64,000 bases of DNA, from positions 83,267-147,266 of the forward strand of contig CAYPBQ010000002.1 in the NCBI GenBank assembly GCA_964409035.1, written 5' to 3'. How positions within the stretch are numbered: position 1 is the stretch's first letter; the number at the start of each line of letters is the position of its first letter. This DNA comes from an uncultured Candidatus Saccharibacteria bacterium (GTDB taxonomy: Bacteria; Patescibacteriota; Minisyncoccia; Phycocordibacterales; UBA12088). Positions 10,523 to 20,147 of the stretch are shown here, in pieces. The translations under genes were made by a program, and so were the position numbers. The notes under the pieces are model-generated. The model saw nothing but the letters and a program-made list of their open reading frames with translations, was not told the origin of the DNA and made no database searches.

Positions 10523-10942
10523 TTATACCGCGCCATCCATAGCAATGTTTGCAAGCTCATCAGCCTTTGCGTTTTGTTCTCTTTTTATATGCACAAATGA
10601 TACATGAGCAAATCGTACAAGAAGCGCTCGTACCCGTTCGTGTTGTTTTTTTAAGCCAGGATCTTTTACTTTGTATTCACCTCTCATTTGCTTAATGATA
10701 AGCTCGCTATCCATATGCACGAGCACGTTCTTGCCTTCTTGCTTGTGAACAATGAGTAACTGGAGTCCCTCTATAAGACCTTCGTACTCAGCATAGTTAT
10801 TTGTTTGATGCCCAATATACTTTGCGTGCTCAAAAACAATTTCACCCGCCGAGTCTTTTGCCCACACACCAATGCCGGATATACCGGGATTACCCCTTGC
10901 TCCTCCATCGCTATATAATTCTATAATTTCTTTCATAGGCAT
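10523..10942 (-). CDS. rnhA: Ribonuclease HI. The start is probably the internal MPMKEII; the ORF is open up to 11023.
   Basis: YSDGGARGNPG and a DSELII-type catalytic DEDD pattern. Confidence 0.8.
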   Translation of the reverse strand: MPMKEIIELYSDGGARGNPGISGIGVWAKDSAGEIVFEHAKYIGHQTNNYAEYEGLIEGLQLLIVHKQEGKNVLVHMDSELIIKQMRGEYKVKDPGLKKQHERVRALLVRFAHVSFVHIKREQNAKADELANIAMDGAV

Positions 10943-10946
10943 GCGT

Positions 10947-10974
10947 GCACTATCGCGATATATCGCGATAGTGC
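10947..10974. repeat. 28-bp perfect palindrome gcacTATCGCGATATATCGCGATAgtgc (copy 1 of 4).
   Basis: Exact reverse-complement symmetry. It lies just upstream of the rnhA start and at the 3' end of the yerC-like gene. Confidence 0.9.
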
Positions 10975-10982
10975 GTGTGGGG

Positions 10983-11435
10983 TTATCTTTTATTACGGGA
11001 GTGCAGACTCTGCCACCGCCCATTACCTACTACTGGTGGCAATCCTACTCTAAGCGCATACTCAATATTTTTCCATAGTGACTCACTGCGTTTGGTATTG
11101 CTAAACAATCGTTGCAGCGATTCAAATCCTCCAGTGGTAATCATTGCAGTATACATTCGTACTGTGGAATCACTCACGCTCAGTATTTTTGCGATTCTAT
11201 AGGTAGAATATCCTCTTACCACCATACCTATAATTGCCAAACGCTTGGCAAGCATAACCCGTTCTGTTGGAGTAAACAAACTAAGTATTACTTGAGATTT
11301 TTGTTGCGAAAGTAATTCAGCAAATTCTTCGGTGATTTTTTTGTCTGCGTACTCTTGAATATGCTTTTTTGAGACATGTGTCACCCCTCCAATATAGCGA
11401 TATATCGCTATATTGTCGTGAAAGTTTTCCACCAT
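10983..11435 (-). CDS. TrpR-related YerC/YecD-family helix-turn-helix protein, a putative transcriptional regulator.
   Basis: LFTPTERVMLAKRLAIIGMVVRGYSTYRIAKILSVSDSTVRMY matches the YerC/TrpR HTH consensus. The N-terminal limit is uncertain. Confidence 0.55.
   Translation of the reverse strand: MVENFHDNIAIYRYIGGVTHVSKKHIQEYADKKITEEFAELLSQQKSQVILSLFTPTERVMLAKRLAIIGMVVRGYSTYRIAKILSVSDSTVRMYTAMITTGGFESLQRLFSNTKRSESLWKNIEYALRVGLPPVVGNGRWQSLHSRNKR
11391..11414. repeat. 24-bp perfect palindrome aaTATAGCGATATATCGCTATAtt (copy 2, variant core).
   Basis: Exact symmetry. It lies inside the 5' part of the yerC-like ORF. Confidence 0.9.
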
Positions 11436-11446
11436 ACCTAGCCAAT

Positions 11447-11476
11447 CACACTATCGCGATATATCGCGATAGTGTG
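11447..11476. repeat. 30-bp perfect palindrome cacacTATCGCGATATATCGCGATAgtgtg (copy 3).
   Basis: Exact symmetry. It lies in the 41-bp gap between the recJ stop and the yerC-like start. Confidence 0.9.
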
Positions 11477-13162
11477 TTACACAGAGAGTGATGAATCATC
11501 CATTACAATGTCTAGTATTCTTATACGTACAGCAGTACGCCCCATAAATGTACCGCTCTCTATGTTTCCCATCACCGCCACCTTTTTACCAACCTCAGGA
11601 AATACTTCAAAGTCTGTTGGTTTTTTAAAGAAAGCAATTGCCTCTCGCTTTGTTCTTTTATCATCTACACAAATCATGCGAACATGCTCACCACTTTTAC
11701 CAAAAGACGCCACCTCTTTAATGTGTACTGGAGTGATTTTTAAATACGGCTTTTTGTTACCTTCCCCAAACGGGCGTAACGTTTCTAAACTTTCCAAGAA
11801 TGAATCCGATATTTCTGTAAGTGAAACCGTAATTACATGTGGAGCATCAGAACTATCTATTACTTTGGGAATAGTACGCATCACCCTCACCAATGCCTCT
11901 TCTAAAAAATGAATTTGTTCGTGAGAAACAGAAAATCCACCAGAACAATCATGTCCTCCTTTATCTAAAAAATACTCCTGTGCTCGCTCCATGATTTCCA
12001 TTACATTGTAACCAAGAGGAGACCTACACGACCCCTTTATAACTGAGCCGTCTTCTCTCCCCCACAAGAATACAGGTACCCCATATTCGCCCATGAGTGT
12101 ATTTGCAACAAGACCAAGCAAGGAAGGTTTCCATGACGGATCACCAAGGACAATAACCCCGTTTATTTCTCTGTGGGCGAGACGTTTTCTTACCTCCTTA
12201 ACAAGTGACGCAACTACCCCCTTTCGTTTATTGTTTAGTAAATCTAGTTCTCGCGCGAGAGTTTCAGCTTCTTGTATGCTTTCTGTAGAAAGCAATGTAA
12301 ATGCTTGTTCAGGCAGACCCATTCTGCTTGCAGCATTAATACGAGGACTAATGCCAAATCCTATATCATCTTCAGTAAGTGTTTTTTGATCAATACGTAA
12401 ACGTTTTAGAAGCGCTCGAATACCAGGTCGAGATGTTTTTCGCATGACATGAAGACCATACCGTGCAAAAGCACGATTCTCTCCAAGAAGAGGCACCATA
12501 TCGGATAGTGTTGCTATAGCAACCATATCAAGAAGCCATTTCTCCCACCCAGCTGGGGCATCTTCGATAGGCCTAAGTGCAATCAGTGCTCTTACTAATT
12601 GAAATGCCACGCCAGCGCCGCAGATATCTTTGTTTGGATATATATCATCCTTTTGTTTTGGATTAACGAGAGCAATTGCTGCCGGTGGGTGTTCTGGTAC
12701 GGTGTGGTGATCTGTTATTATCACATCAACACCAAGTGCTCGAGCACGATCCACTTCTTTATTATCTGTTGATCCACAATCAATGGTGATAATGAGTGTA
12801 GCTCCACTACTTGCTATCTCTTCTATTGCCCGCACATTAAGACCAAATCCCTCAAGCACCCTATGTGGTGTGTAGACGCGAACATGTTCATACTTTACCT
12901 TCTTAAAATAATCATTAAGTATGACACCGCCCGGAATGCCGTCAGTATCGTAATCGGTATAGATTACTATCTGCTCTTTATTATCCATAGCGGTAAGTAT
13001 TCTTTTTCCCGCTATTTCTATTTGAGAAAGTAAAAATGGATCATGAACATCTCTGTTGTAATCTGGATACAGAAATAACTTGCGCGCCTCCTCATCAACG
13101 AGCCCTCGAGAAATAAGTAATCGTTCTATAAGCTCTGGCGTCATAGACGCATATTGTACCAC
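11477..13162 (-). CDS. recJ: Single-stranded-DNA-specific exonuclease RecJ.
   Basis: DHH and DHHA1 motifs (DCGSTD ... VIITDHH). 561 aa. Confidence 0.9.
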   Translation of the reverse strand: MVQYASMTPELIERLLISRGLVDEEARKLFLYPDYNRDVHDPFLLSQIEIAGKRILTAMDNKEQIVIYTDYDTDGIPGGVILNDYFKKVKYEHVRVYTPHRVLEGFGLNVRAIEEIASSGATLIITIDCGSTDNKEVDRARALGVDVIITDHHTVPEHPPAAIALVNPKQKDDIYPNKDICGAGVAFQLVRALIALRPIEDAPAGWEKWLLDMVAIATLSDMVPLLGENRAFARYGLHVMRKTSRPGIRALLKRLRIDQKTLTEDDIGFGISPRINAASRMGLPEQAFTLLSTESIQEAETLARELDLLNNKRKGVVASLVKEVRKRLAHREINGVIVLGDPSWKPSLLGLVANTLMGEYGVPVFLWGREDGSVIKGSCRSPLGYNVMEIMERAQEYFLDKGGHDCSGGFSVSHEQIHFLEEALVRVMRTIPKVIDSSDAPHVITVSLTEISDSFLESLETLRPFGEGNKKPYLKITPVHIKEVASFGKSGEHVRMICVDDKRTKREAIAFFKKPTDFEVFPEVGKKVAVMGNIESGTFMGRTAVRIRILDIVMDDSSLSV

Positions 13163-13189
13163 GCGACCACTCTATGATTTACGTACGAC

Positions 13190-13606
13190 ATGGTAGTCTA
13201 TTGCTGTATGCAAGACTCAATATTTACAAAAATTCTAAAGGGCGAAATGCCCGGAGTGATAGTGTGGCAAGATGAAAAAGCCTTTATTCTTATGGATAAA
13301 TTCCCCTCAGTAGAGGGGCAGGCACTTGTTATTCCTAAGACACAAACTGATTACATGTTTGCTCTTGATGAGGACCTCTATCTACATCTGTGGAGTGTTA
13401 CTAATCATCTAGCACACGCTATGAATGTGTCGTTTCCAAACACGCGTGTCTGCGTAGTAGTTGAAGGCTTTGATGTACCACACGTACACATACGCGTGTA
13501 CCCAGTACCACACGGTAAACCACTTGTCGCACATAAAGGTGAAATGGCAGATGATGAGGCAATGGAAAAATTAGCACAAACAATACGATCATCACTTACG
13601 CTATAG
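13190..13606 (+). CDS. HIT-family (histidine triad) nucleotide hydrolase.
   Basis: HVHIRVYP histidine-triad variant. About 138 aa. Confidence 0.8.
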   Translation: MVVYCCMQDSIFTKILKGEMPGVIVWQDEKAFILMDKFPSVEGQALVIPKTQTDYMFALDEDLYLHLWSVTNHLAHAMNVSFPNTRVCVVVEGFDVPHVHIRVYPVPHGKPLVAHKGEMADDEAMEKLAQTIRSSLTL

Positions 13607-14078
13607 ATACAACATGCGGATTTACTACCGCGCGATAGTCGGCTGAGGTTATAGCCATCGAGACACCTCTGTCACCTGCATTAAAGATAATCTCGTTATT
13701 GGTATATAGCGATATATCGCTATATACCGGAAGGTTCCATAGTATGCCAAATGGTGGCACGCCCCCTGGCTTAACACCATCAGTAATTTCTGCGACCTCT
13801 TCTGGCGTAGCAAAGCGTATATCACTTGCACCGAGTACCTCTTTTAATTTCTTTGAATCAAATTTTTTATCTCCAGGTACCACCACCATGACAAAAAATT
13901 TTTCACCATGTTGTTTTACTCTCACGATTAAGGCCTTTGCCCCCTGAGATAATGAATATTCTGGACGCACCATTGCTGCCTCCTCGCTGGTGCAAACTGG
14001 TTCATGAACAAATTTTTTATACAATACTCCGCGTGACGACAAAAGTGACTCTATGAGGGCTACTGTTTTATGCTCCAT
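13596..14078 (-). CDS. YbaK/ProX-type aminoacyl-tRNA deacylase domain protein.
   Basis: GGVPPFG and LPVY...FNAG conserved blocks of the YbaK/EbsC family. Confidence 0.65.
   Translation of the reverse strand: MEHKTVALIESLLSSRGVLYKKFVHEPVCTSEEAAMVRPEYSLSQGAKALIVRVKQHGEKFFVMVVVPGDKKFDSKKLKEVLGASDIRFATPEEVAEITDGVKPGGVPPFGILWNLPVYSDISLYTNNEIIFNAGDRGVSMAITSADYRAVVNPHVVSIA
13701..13728. repeat. 28-bp perfect palindrome ggTATATAGCGATATATCGCTATATAcc (copy 4), embedded in the ybaK-like CDS.
   Basis: Exact symmetry. It encodes VYSDISLYT within a conserved block. Confidence 0.9.
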
Positions 14079-14080
14079 AG

Positions 14081-15220
14081 TTAGTTATTGTGCACGAGCG
14101 CCTCAAGTCCAACAAGAGTACCTTCTGCAAGATAATCAAGCATTGCACCGCCGCCTGTTGAAAGAAAAGTGAATTTATCTTCAAGTTTAAGCTGTCCTAT
14201 AGACGCTATCGTATCTCCCCCGCCCACAATCGATATAGCTGATGATGATGCAACCGCCTTTGCAAGTAACTCAGTTTCATTACTAAAACCTTTCTCGTAG
14301 TTTCCAAGCGGGCCGTTCCATAACACTGTTGCCGCATGAGAAGCAAGAGAACTTAGCATGTCTGTAGTTTTTGTACCAACATCCACTATTACGTCATCAG
14401 GGAGTACTTCAGTTGGCTCAACCACTACTGCAGCACCCTCACGAACCACAGTAACATCAAGTGGGAGAAGCAGATTCTTGTTATCCATAAGAGGAAGAAG
14501 CTCTTTTGTATCATCTGCAACCAATGATTTACCCACTTCATATCCCTTGGCTTTAAAAAAGTCGTTTGCGATTGCGCCACCAATAAAAATAGTGTCGTAA
14601 TGCTGTAGGCGCTTTATCAAAGGTATTTTTGTATGAAACTTTGCTCCGCCAAGAATAAGCAAAGAGGGTGACGCAGGAGTAAGTGCTGTATTAAGGTATG
14701 TGACCTCTTCCATAAATTCTACTCCAGCAAATGATGGTAGTAATCGTGGAACACCAACAATAGAGGCGTGCTGTCTGTGTGAGGCAGCGAATGCATCATT
14801 TACATAGACATCTGCTAGCGTTGCCAAGCGCTCTGCAAAGACTGCATCTGCTTCCACTTCACCACTATTTGATCTGAGGTTTTCAAGCAATAAGACTTCA
14901 CCCTCTTTAAGAGATGACACAAGACGCTCTGCTTCATCAAGGGTTTTCGCAAAATGAATAGGGACATGTTGCTGTAAGTAGTGATAAACAGGACGAAGAG
15001 TACTCTGCCCATCTTTGCCTATATGTGAAATAAGCACTACCCTACCTCCACCGTGAATAATTGCCGCAATAGTAGGAAGAGCCCTTCTAATACGAAAATC
15101 ATTAGTAATGACGCCATTATCTATGGGTACATTAAGGTCGGCACGAACCAAGACGCACCTGCCAGCAATATCCTCGGGAGAAAAAGTTCGAAGTTTATTT
15201 TGTTGCGTCATGCACAGCAC
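14081..15220 (-). CDS. pgk: Phosphoglycerate kinase.
   Basis: 379 aa with full-length PGK signature. Confidence 0.9.
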   Translation of the reverse strand: MLCMTQQNKLRTFSPEDIAGRCVLVRADLNVPIDNGVITNDFRIRRALPTIAAIIHGGGRVVLISHIGKDGQSTLRPVYHYLQQHVPIHFAKTLDEAERLVSSLKEGEVLLLENLRSNSGEVEADAVFAERLATLADVYVNDAFAASHRQHASIVGVPRLLPSFAGVEFMEEVTYLNTALTPASPSLLILGGAKFHTKIPLIKRLQHYDTIFIGGAIANDFFKAKGYEVGKSLVADDTKELLPLMDNKNLLLPLDVTVVREGAAVVVEPTEVLPDDVIVDVGTKTTDMLSSLASHAATVLWNGPLGNYEKGFSNETELLAKAVASSSAISIVGGGDTIASIGQLKLEDKFTFLSTGGGAMLDYLAEGTLVGLEALVHNN

Positions 15221-15974
15221 TTACAATTTTAGTAAACAGCGATGCATCAAGTGATGCATGCCCCACCAAAAGCCCGTCTACCATACCTTCTGTGATGATG
15301 GCCTGAGCATTTTCAGGAGAAACTGAGCCGCCATAGAGAATAGGAACAGCGAATGCAGCAGATTTCTCTGTCATATCAGTGAGTACCTTGCGCACAAATA
15401 ACACTGTCTCGTGTACATCAGTGGGGCGCATTGCTTCTTCTGGAGCTTTTCCTATCGCCCACACGGGTTCGTAAGCAACGATCACTCGCTTGAGTAATGT
15501 TGGCGATATATCCTTGAGTGACTGTTCAATCTCATCTTTAAGAAAATCAAGATATGTGGCAGATTTATCCCGTACTTGTTCACCAATACAAACAATTGGG
15601 GTAAGTCCGGCAGCTAGTGTTGCGTGTACCTTTTTATTGATGAGTGAATTATCTTCACCTCTGGCTCTTCTTTCTGAGTGTCCCAGTAATACATACGTAA
15701 CTCCAAGCTGTTTAAGTTGAGTTGGAGATACATCCCCAGTGTGTGCGCCGCTTGCCGCCATACCTGCATCTTGTGCACCCAAAGAAAGGAGTTTTAATCC
15801 AGTAAATCCAGCAACAGCACTTATATGCACATGGCTAGGAGCGAGAATAACATGAACTGCAGTAGCCTTCTTCACGCCTGTTTTGATAGCTTTTGCAAGA
15901 GACTTCACCTTAGTGGGTGACTCTGGATTCATTTTAAAATTGGCAACAACGTACCGTAGTGTTCTTTTTTTCAT
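15195..15974 (-). CDS. tpiA: Triosephosphate isomerase. The start is probably MKKRT.
   Basis: VANFKMN ... GHSERR ... GGS TIM signatures. It overlaps the pgk start, as in the classical pgk-tpi operon. Confidence 0.9.
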   Translation of the reverse strand: MKKRTLRYVVANFKMNPESPTKVKSLAKAIKTGVKKATAVHVILAPSHVHISAVAGFTGLKLLSLGAQDAGMAASGAHTGDVSPTQLKQLGVTYVLLGHSERRARGEDNSLINKKVHATLAAGLTPIVCIGEQVRDKSATYLDFLKDEIEQSLKDISPTLLKRVIVAYEPVWAIGKAPEEAMRPTDVHETVLFVRKVLTDMTEKSAAFAVPILYGGSVSPENAQAIITEGMVDGLLVGHASLDASLFTKIVSAVHDATK

Positions 15975-16004
15975 GCCCCTATAGTATATCACGCGCAGAA
16001 TATA

Positions 16005-16325
16005 CTATTTACGCTTGAGTGATACCCCAAATGATAGTATGACCAGACCTCCAATTAGGGCCGCTATTTCTTTTGTAGGGAGAGGTGCCGTTGGACCCAC
16101 ATAGGATTCATGTACCGCAAGAGCTGAGGCCATTGTGAGTATTCCTCCGATTATGGTTATAATCCCTCGCACAACCACAAGAGGATCTATGCCCACAATT
16201 TTTTTTATTTCTCGGGAAATTGCCTCTTTCTGCTTTTGCTCATTGAGATGCTTAAGCGCTTCGAGTTCATTACGCTTCTCAAGATCACTATATTCAATTG
16301 ACATATGATTGAGTATATATCGCAC
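16005..16325 (-). CDS. Hypothetical small protein with a coiled-coil N-terminus and two C-terminal transmembrane helices, in the pilus cluster.
   Basis: Composition and topology only. Confidence 0.3.
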   Translation of the reverse strand: MRYILNHMSIEYSDLEKRNELEALKHLNEQKQKEAISREIKKIVGIDPLVVVRGIITIIGGILTMASALAVHESYVGPTAPLPTKEIAALIGGLVILSFGVSLKRK

Positions 16326-16337
16326 CTAGTGGAATGA

Positions 16338-17762
16338 CTAGTTCATTTCCCTCCATTCTACAAACATAAAATCATCTGATGTGTACGGCGTGAGCGGTGG
16401 TGGACTTGTCGATAATTGCCTATCATAACTATTTTCTCTATCAGCATATCCAGAGCAGTACACATTACTACACAACCACTGTGTTCCCTCTCTGCCATTT
16501 GAGACTATTGTTCCCTTTAAGATTAAAGAGTCTTGCTTTACATATGAATCCAACGAGCTTGGCACTTCGTTGGTACCAGTTGTTGTGTAGTGATTTCTTC
16601 CAAAATGACCTGTTTGTGCAATATAGATGCCATTAAGGGTCATGATATTAGGCGACTGAAGCGGAATGAGTACATCTTCCTCTGCCACCAAGGTGAATCC
16701 ATCCACTCCAGAATTATTTGCGTACGTGATATTTCCAGAGAGAATTGCGCGTGTTGAAATTGCTGGGCTGTTTTCATTAGCAGATACTACTGTTACCTTT
16801 CCATTTACTACACCATCTATCCAGACATCATCTTCAACAAAAATTACTGGGCACTCGGTAGGTATAATACGATTCTCTAAGAAACGTTGTTTGTTTATTA
16901 TTTCATAATTTCTGTGCCAACCGAGTTCATTTGAGTATGCCCACACGTAACTAGTGTTTTGCACATCATATATATCCACTGATCCATTACTCTTTAACAC
17001 AAGATGGTACCCCGCTCCTCGTGGATTGAGATAAATGCCGCCATTGTTTTTTGCTGCATTTTTCATCGCTGTGAGATTAAGAGTGATTCCAGCAAAATCA
17101 ATCGATGGTGTTGGAAAACTCCACAGTTCATTTCCGCTTCCCACTCCGAAGACTCCGGGTTTTGTCTCTCCAGCATTTGAGCAACCAAAACTTGATGTGC
17201 AGAACCAGTTGGTAAGCGCACTAGTAACACTAGAATAATTGGTACCATCCATTCGAATACCTCCATTTGAGTGGTATCTTCCAAAAATCTCTCTGTCATT
17301 TCCTGCCCACACATTACTGTTGAGTATGTACGCATACTCAGCCACTGATGGTCTTGCGTACTTTGCGTATATTTCTCTTGTAAGTGATGGTTCGGCGCTA
17401 GTGTAACCAGTTGATCGTATCTCCACTGCTGATAGTTGTCCGCAGTAACTATTGCCTTCTACCTCAAGAGAAAACTCTCCTACCGTACCAGTCTCTGGAT
17501 CGGTATACTCATGCACATATGGACCCGGTGCATTGGTGCCATCCTGTAAATCTTGCGGGTAATGCGCAAGACGCCATTTGTAATATTCAAGCCCCGCCTC
17601 TGCGATGTGTATCGCCTTCTCTCTATTCTCTTTTGAGAATTGTAATTTTTTTTGCACCAACACAAACCCAACTAGTGAAGAAGTAAGTGTCACGAATAGC
17701 GTACCGAACACTAGTGTGAGAATTATGAGAGAACCTTTTTCATTGTGATGATGACGATACAT
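16338..17762 (-). CDS. Large membrane-anchored hypothetical protein, putatively type IV pilus-associated by synteny.
   Basis: N-terminal transmembrane helix. It sits in an operon with the pseudopilin genes. Confidence 0.4.
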   Translation of the reverse strand: MYRHHHNEKGSLIILTLVFGTLFVTLTSSLVGFVLVQKKLQFSKENREKAIHIAEAGLEYYKWRLAHYPQDLQDGTNAPGPYVHEYTDPETGTVGEFSLEVEGNSYCGQLSAVEIRSTGYTSAEPSLTREIYAKYARPSVAEYAYILNSNVWAGNDREIFGRYHSNGGIRMDGTNYSSVTSALTNWFCTSSFGCSNAGETKPGVFGVGSGNELWSFPTPSIDFAGITLNLTAMKNAAKNNGGIYLNPRGAGYHLVLKSNGSVDIYDVQNTSYVWAYSNELGWHRNYEIINKQRFLENRIIPTECPVIFVEDDVWIDGVVNGKVTVVSANENSPAISTRAILSGNITYANNSGVDGFTLVAEEDVLIPLQSPNIMTLNGIYIAQTGHFGRNHYTTTGTNEVPSSLDSYVKQDSLILKGTIVSNGREGTQWLCSNVYCSGYADRENSYDRQLSTSPPPLTPYTSDDFMFVEWREMN

Positions 17763-17773
17763 GTCTACTGGTG

Positions 17774-18385
17774 CTAATTGCTTCTTACATTTCTTAATGA
17801 TGCCGTTGAACGAAGTGTAAACTCTTCTGGAAGACGAGTAGGGTTAATATTTACTATAACCGTAACGCCCACAATTGCCACATCACTAACTCGAGTGTAA
17901 TCAAGTATCTCGGTACCTGTCGCATCAAAGTACTCAAGCATTGGTACATCATCCTCACCATTTCGCACATCCTCGGATACTACTGTTAGCTCACCCGTAC
18001 CGTCGACATACGTAAGTGGTGTACCGGTTGGATTTACTGTCTCACGCATTAGTACAGTACCGTTTAGATAATAATGTATGCGCTCAACTGCATTGTCTCT
18101 ATCGGTGTCACTATAAAAATACAACTCAGTGTCACTCATTGAAATAATCGGATAGGAACCTTCTTCAGAATACGTTGCTTCACGCACATCACGAACCATG
18201 TATTCGACACCCTTGCGTGCACTTGAGAGCGCGAGTGCTTGCTCGATTGCATTTGCATTTGTTCGATAAAAGAATAGTACCGATGACGCAATCGCCAACA
18301 TCGCGAGCGTTGAAATAGAAATAACGATAATACTTTCTATAAGGGTAAATCCATTCTTCTGAGTCATATGGTGAGGTGTGTTCAT
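17774..18385 (-). CDS. Prepilin-type N-terminal cleavage/methylation domain protein (pseudopilin).
   Basis: KNGFTLIESIIVISI is a class III signal peptide. Confidence 0.7.
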   Translation of the reverse strand: MNTPHHMTQKNGFTLIESIIVISISTLAMLAIASSVLFFYRTNANAIEQALALSSARKGVEYMVRDVREATYSEEGSYPIISMSDTELYFYSDTDRDNAVERIHYYLNGTVLMRETVNPTGTPLTYVDGTGELTVVSEDVRNGEDDVPMLEYFDATGTEILDYTRVSDVAIVGVTVIVNINPTRLPEEFTLRSTASLRNVRSN

Positions 18386-20136
18386 AGTGTGGGGAGGGTG
18401 ATGCGTAAACTATCCGCCCCAGAGATATTTACCCCAGTGAGAGTGACTGTTTCATATCCATCACGCACCACTACAATTGTGTATGAAGTACTGTTACTTA
18501 CTCCGGAAAAATGTGCCTGTCCGCATGTGCCTGTATTTTTTTGCGTGTCATACCCTCCTCCATACACACGAACTGATGCATCAGTCATGGTAGCACCTGC
18601 GTCATCTACCACCTCAACTCGTATTGAGTGTGGTGTGTGTGCGGTCATGTAGAGCGATAGAGTTTTGGTGCTTGCTGGTGAAATGGTGACAGGTAACGTG
18701 TCACATGCCTGTGCAATATCAAAACCTCCCCCAACACCATCAACGGTAAGTGTGTACGTATCCCATTCAATGGCATCAAATGAGGTGACTCCCTCGCTGT
18801 TTGTAGTCTGACTCTCTGTATATTTATATATTGGATTAATATCTTCATCGGTACCAATTGTTTTAGTGCTCGTTATGGTGATTGGGATACCACCTCTTGG
18901 TACGGGTCCTACAAGGCTAGAAAGATTCCACTCGTGTACATACGGCGTGACGGTGGTGGTATCAGTGTGTAACATGGCACGAATTCTAAGTTCGCTATAA
19001 GTCGTAGTAGCAAGTCCATATAGCGACACTGGCGAAGTGGTAAAACCAGTAGTGTTACCACTCAAATCGCTTTCTGGTATTGGTACAAAGTCAGTGCCGT
19101 TATTGTAGAGCAATTGGTACCGTAGTGATGTTGTCTCGGGTACGGTATGAGCAAAGGTTAGTTCGCCCCATGAAACCAAGTATGGAGACGCGATAGTAAG
19201 TGAGTCTGCGGTACCGTCTGGATAATATTCATCATTTGTTGTGGCTAGTAGTATGTCTCCTCCGGTACGTGTCGTGTTAGAGAGACTTGCAATACCTCCG
19301 CCGCTATCAAATGTGTCACTAGTGGTAGAGGTAGCCACAGGATCATACGTATTCACAAATAAATCTGACAACACATCAATCGCGAAACTGCCAGTGGTAG
19401 TTTCTCCTTCCGCAACAGAAAGATTCGCAGGAAGTGGGTTTGGATTTTGAGCCGTTGCATCGTAGGTACTGTCAGTACTGTAGCCAGCTTTGGTAACAGT
19501 AATATGATAGTTACTTCCCTCTGGAGTACCACCTGGAAAAATCGCAACCCCAGAGAGGTTGGTGAATGTGGTGACATCAATTGGTGGTGAAACTGCATTA
19601 TTGCGAATATGCACTTGTGCGCTCGGCACTGGCAATGCCGATGCGTTAAACACAGCAATCTTTAATGTGCCACCACCTGTGATGTTTTCAATACCAACCG
19701 GCACCACCGATGATGTTATCGCATACGATTGCACTCTATCTTTTAATGTCCACTCTAGTTCGACTTTAACTTTTTTATAATCTGCAGTGATACCATTTTC
19801 ATCCTCTTCATCAAGTCCATCTTCAGGATCATCTACGTAGGTGATGAATGTGCGTCTTGTGTATGTAGTTTGATTTAGGTCAATGGTTTCTGTTTGGGGT
19901 AGTAGTCCCGCTGGTATACCTCCCACCGTACCAATAGCGTCATATGTCATTGATCTAACAAATTCCATTTTCTCTGTCGCTAGTGACATCGCGCCTACTT
20001 TTGCTTTATTACTTCCAATAAGCACGATGGACAAACGAAATGTTCCATACAATCCGTAAAAGACAAGCATAATGAGAGCGATGCCGATGATCACATCGAT
20101 AAGCGTCATTCCCCTTTCTTTTCTATTGATAACCAT
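18382..20136 (-). CDS. Large prepilin-type minor pilin (584 aa) with a Thr/Gly-rich beta-rich C-terminal domain.
   Basis: RGMTLIDVIIGIAL prepilin signal. Possibly a tip adhesin. Confidence 0.6.
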   Translation of the reverse strand: MVINRKERGMTLIDVIIGIALIMLVFYGLYGTFRLSIVLIGSNKAKVGAMSLATEKMEFVRSMTYDAIGTVGGIPAGLLPQTETIDLNQTTYTRRTFITYVDDPEDGLDEEDENGITADYKKVKVELEWTLKDRVQSYAITSSVVPVGIENITGGGTLKIAVFNASALPVPSAQVHIRNNAVSPPIDVTTFTNLSGVAIFPGGTPEGSNYHITVTKAGYSTDSTYDATAQNPNPLPANLSVAEGETTTGSFAIDVLSDLFVNTYDPVATSTTSDTFDSGGGIASLSNTTRTGGDILLATTNDEYYPDGTADSLTIASPYLVSWGELTFAHTVPETTSLRYQLLYNNGTDFVPIPESDLSGNTTGFTTSPVSLYGLATTTYSELRIRAMLHTDTTTVTPYVHEWNLSSLVGPVPRGGIPITITSTKTIGTDEDINPIYKYTESQTTNSEGVTSFDAIEWDTYTLTVDGVGGGFDIAQACDTLPVTISPASTKTLSLYMTAHTPHSIRVEVVDDAGATMTDASVRVYGGGYDTQKNTGTCGQAHFSGVSNSTSYTIVVVRDGYETVTLTGVNISGADSLRITLPTL

Positions 20137-20147
20137 GTGGTGAAAAA

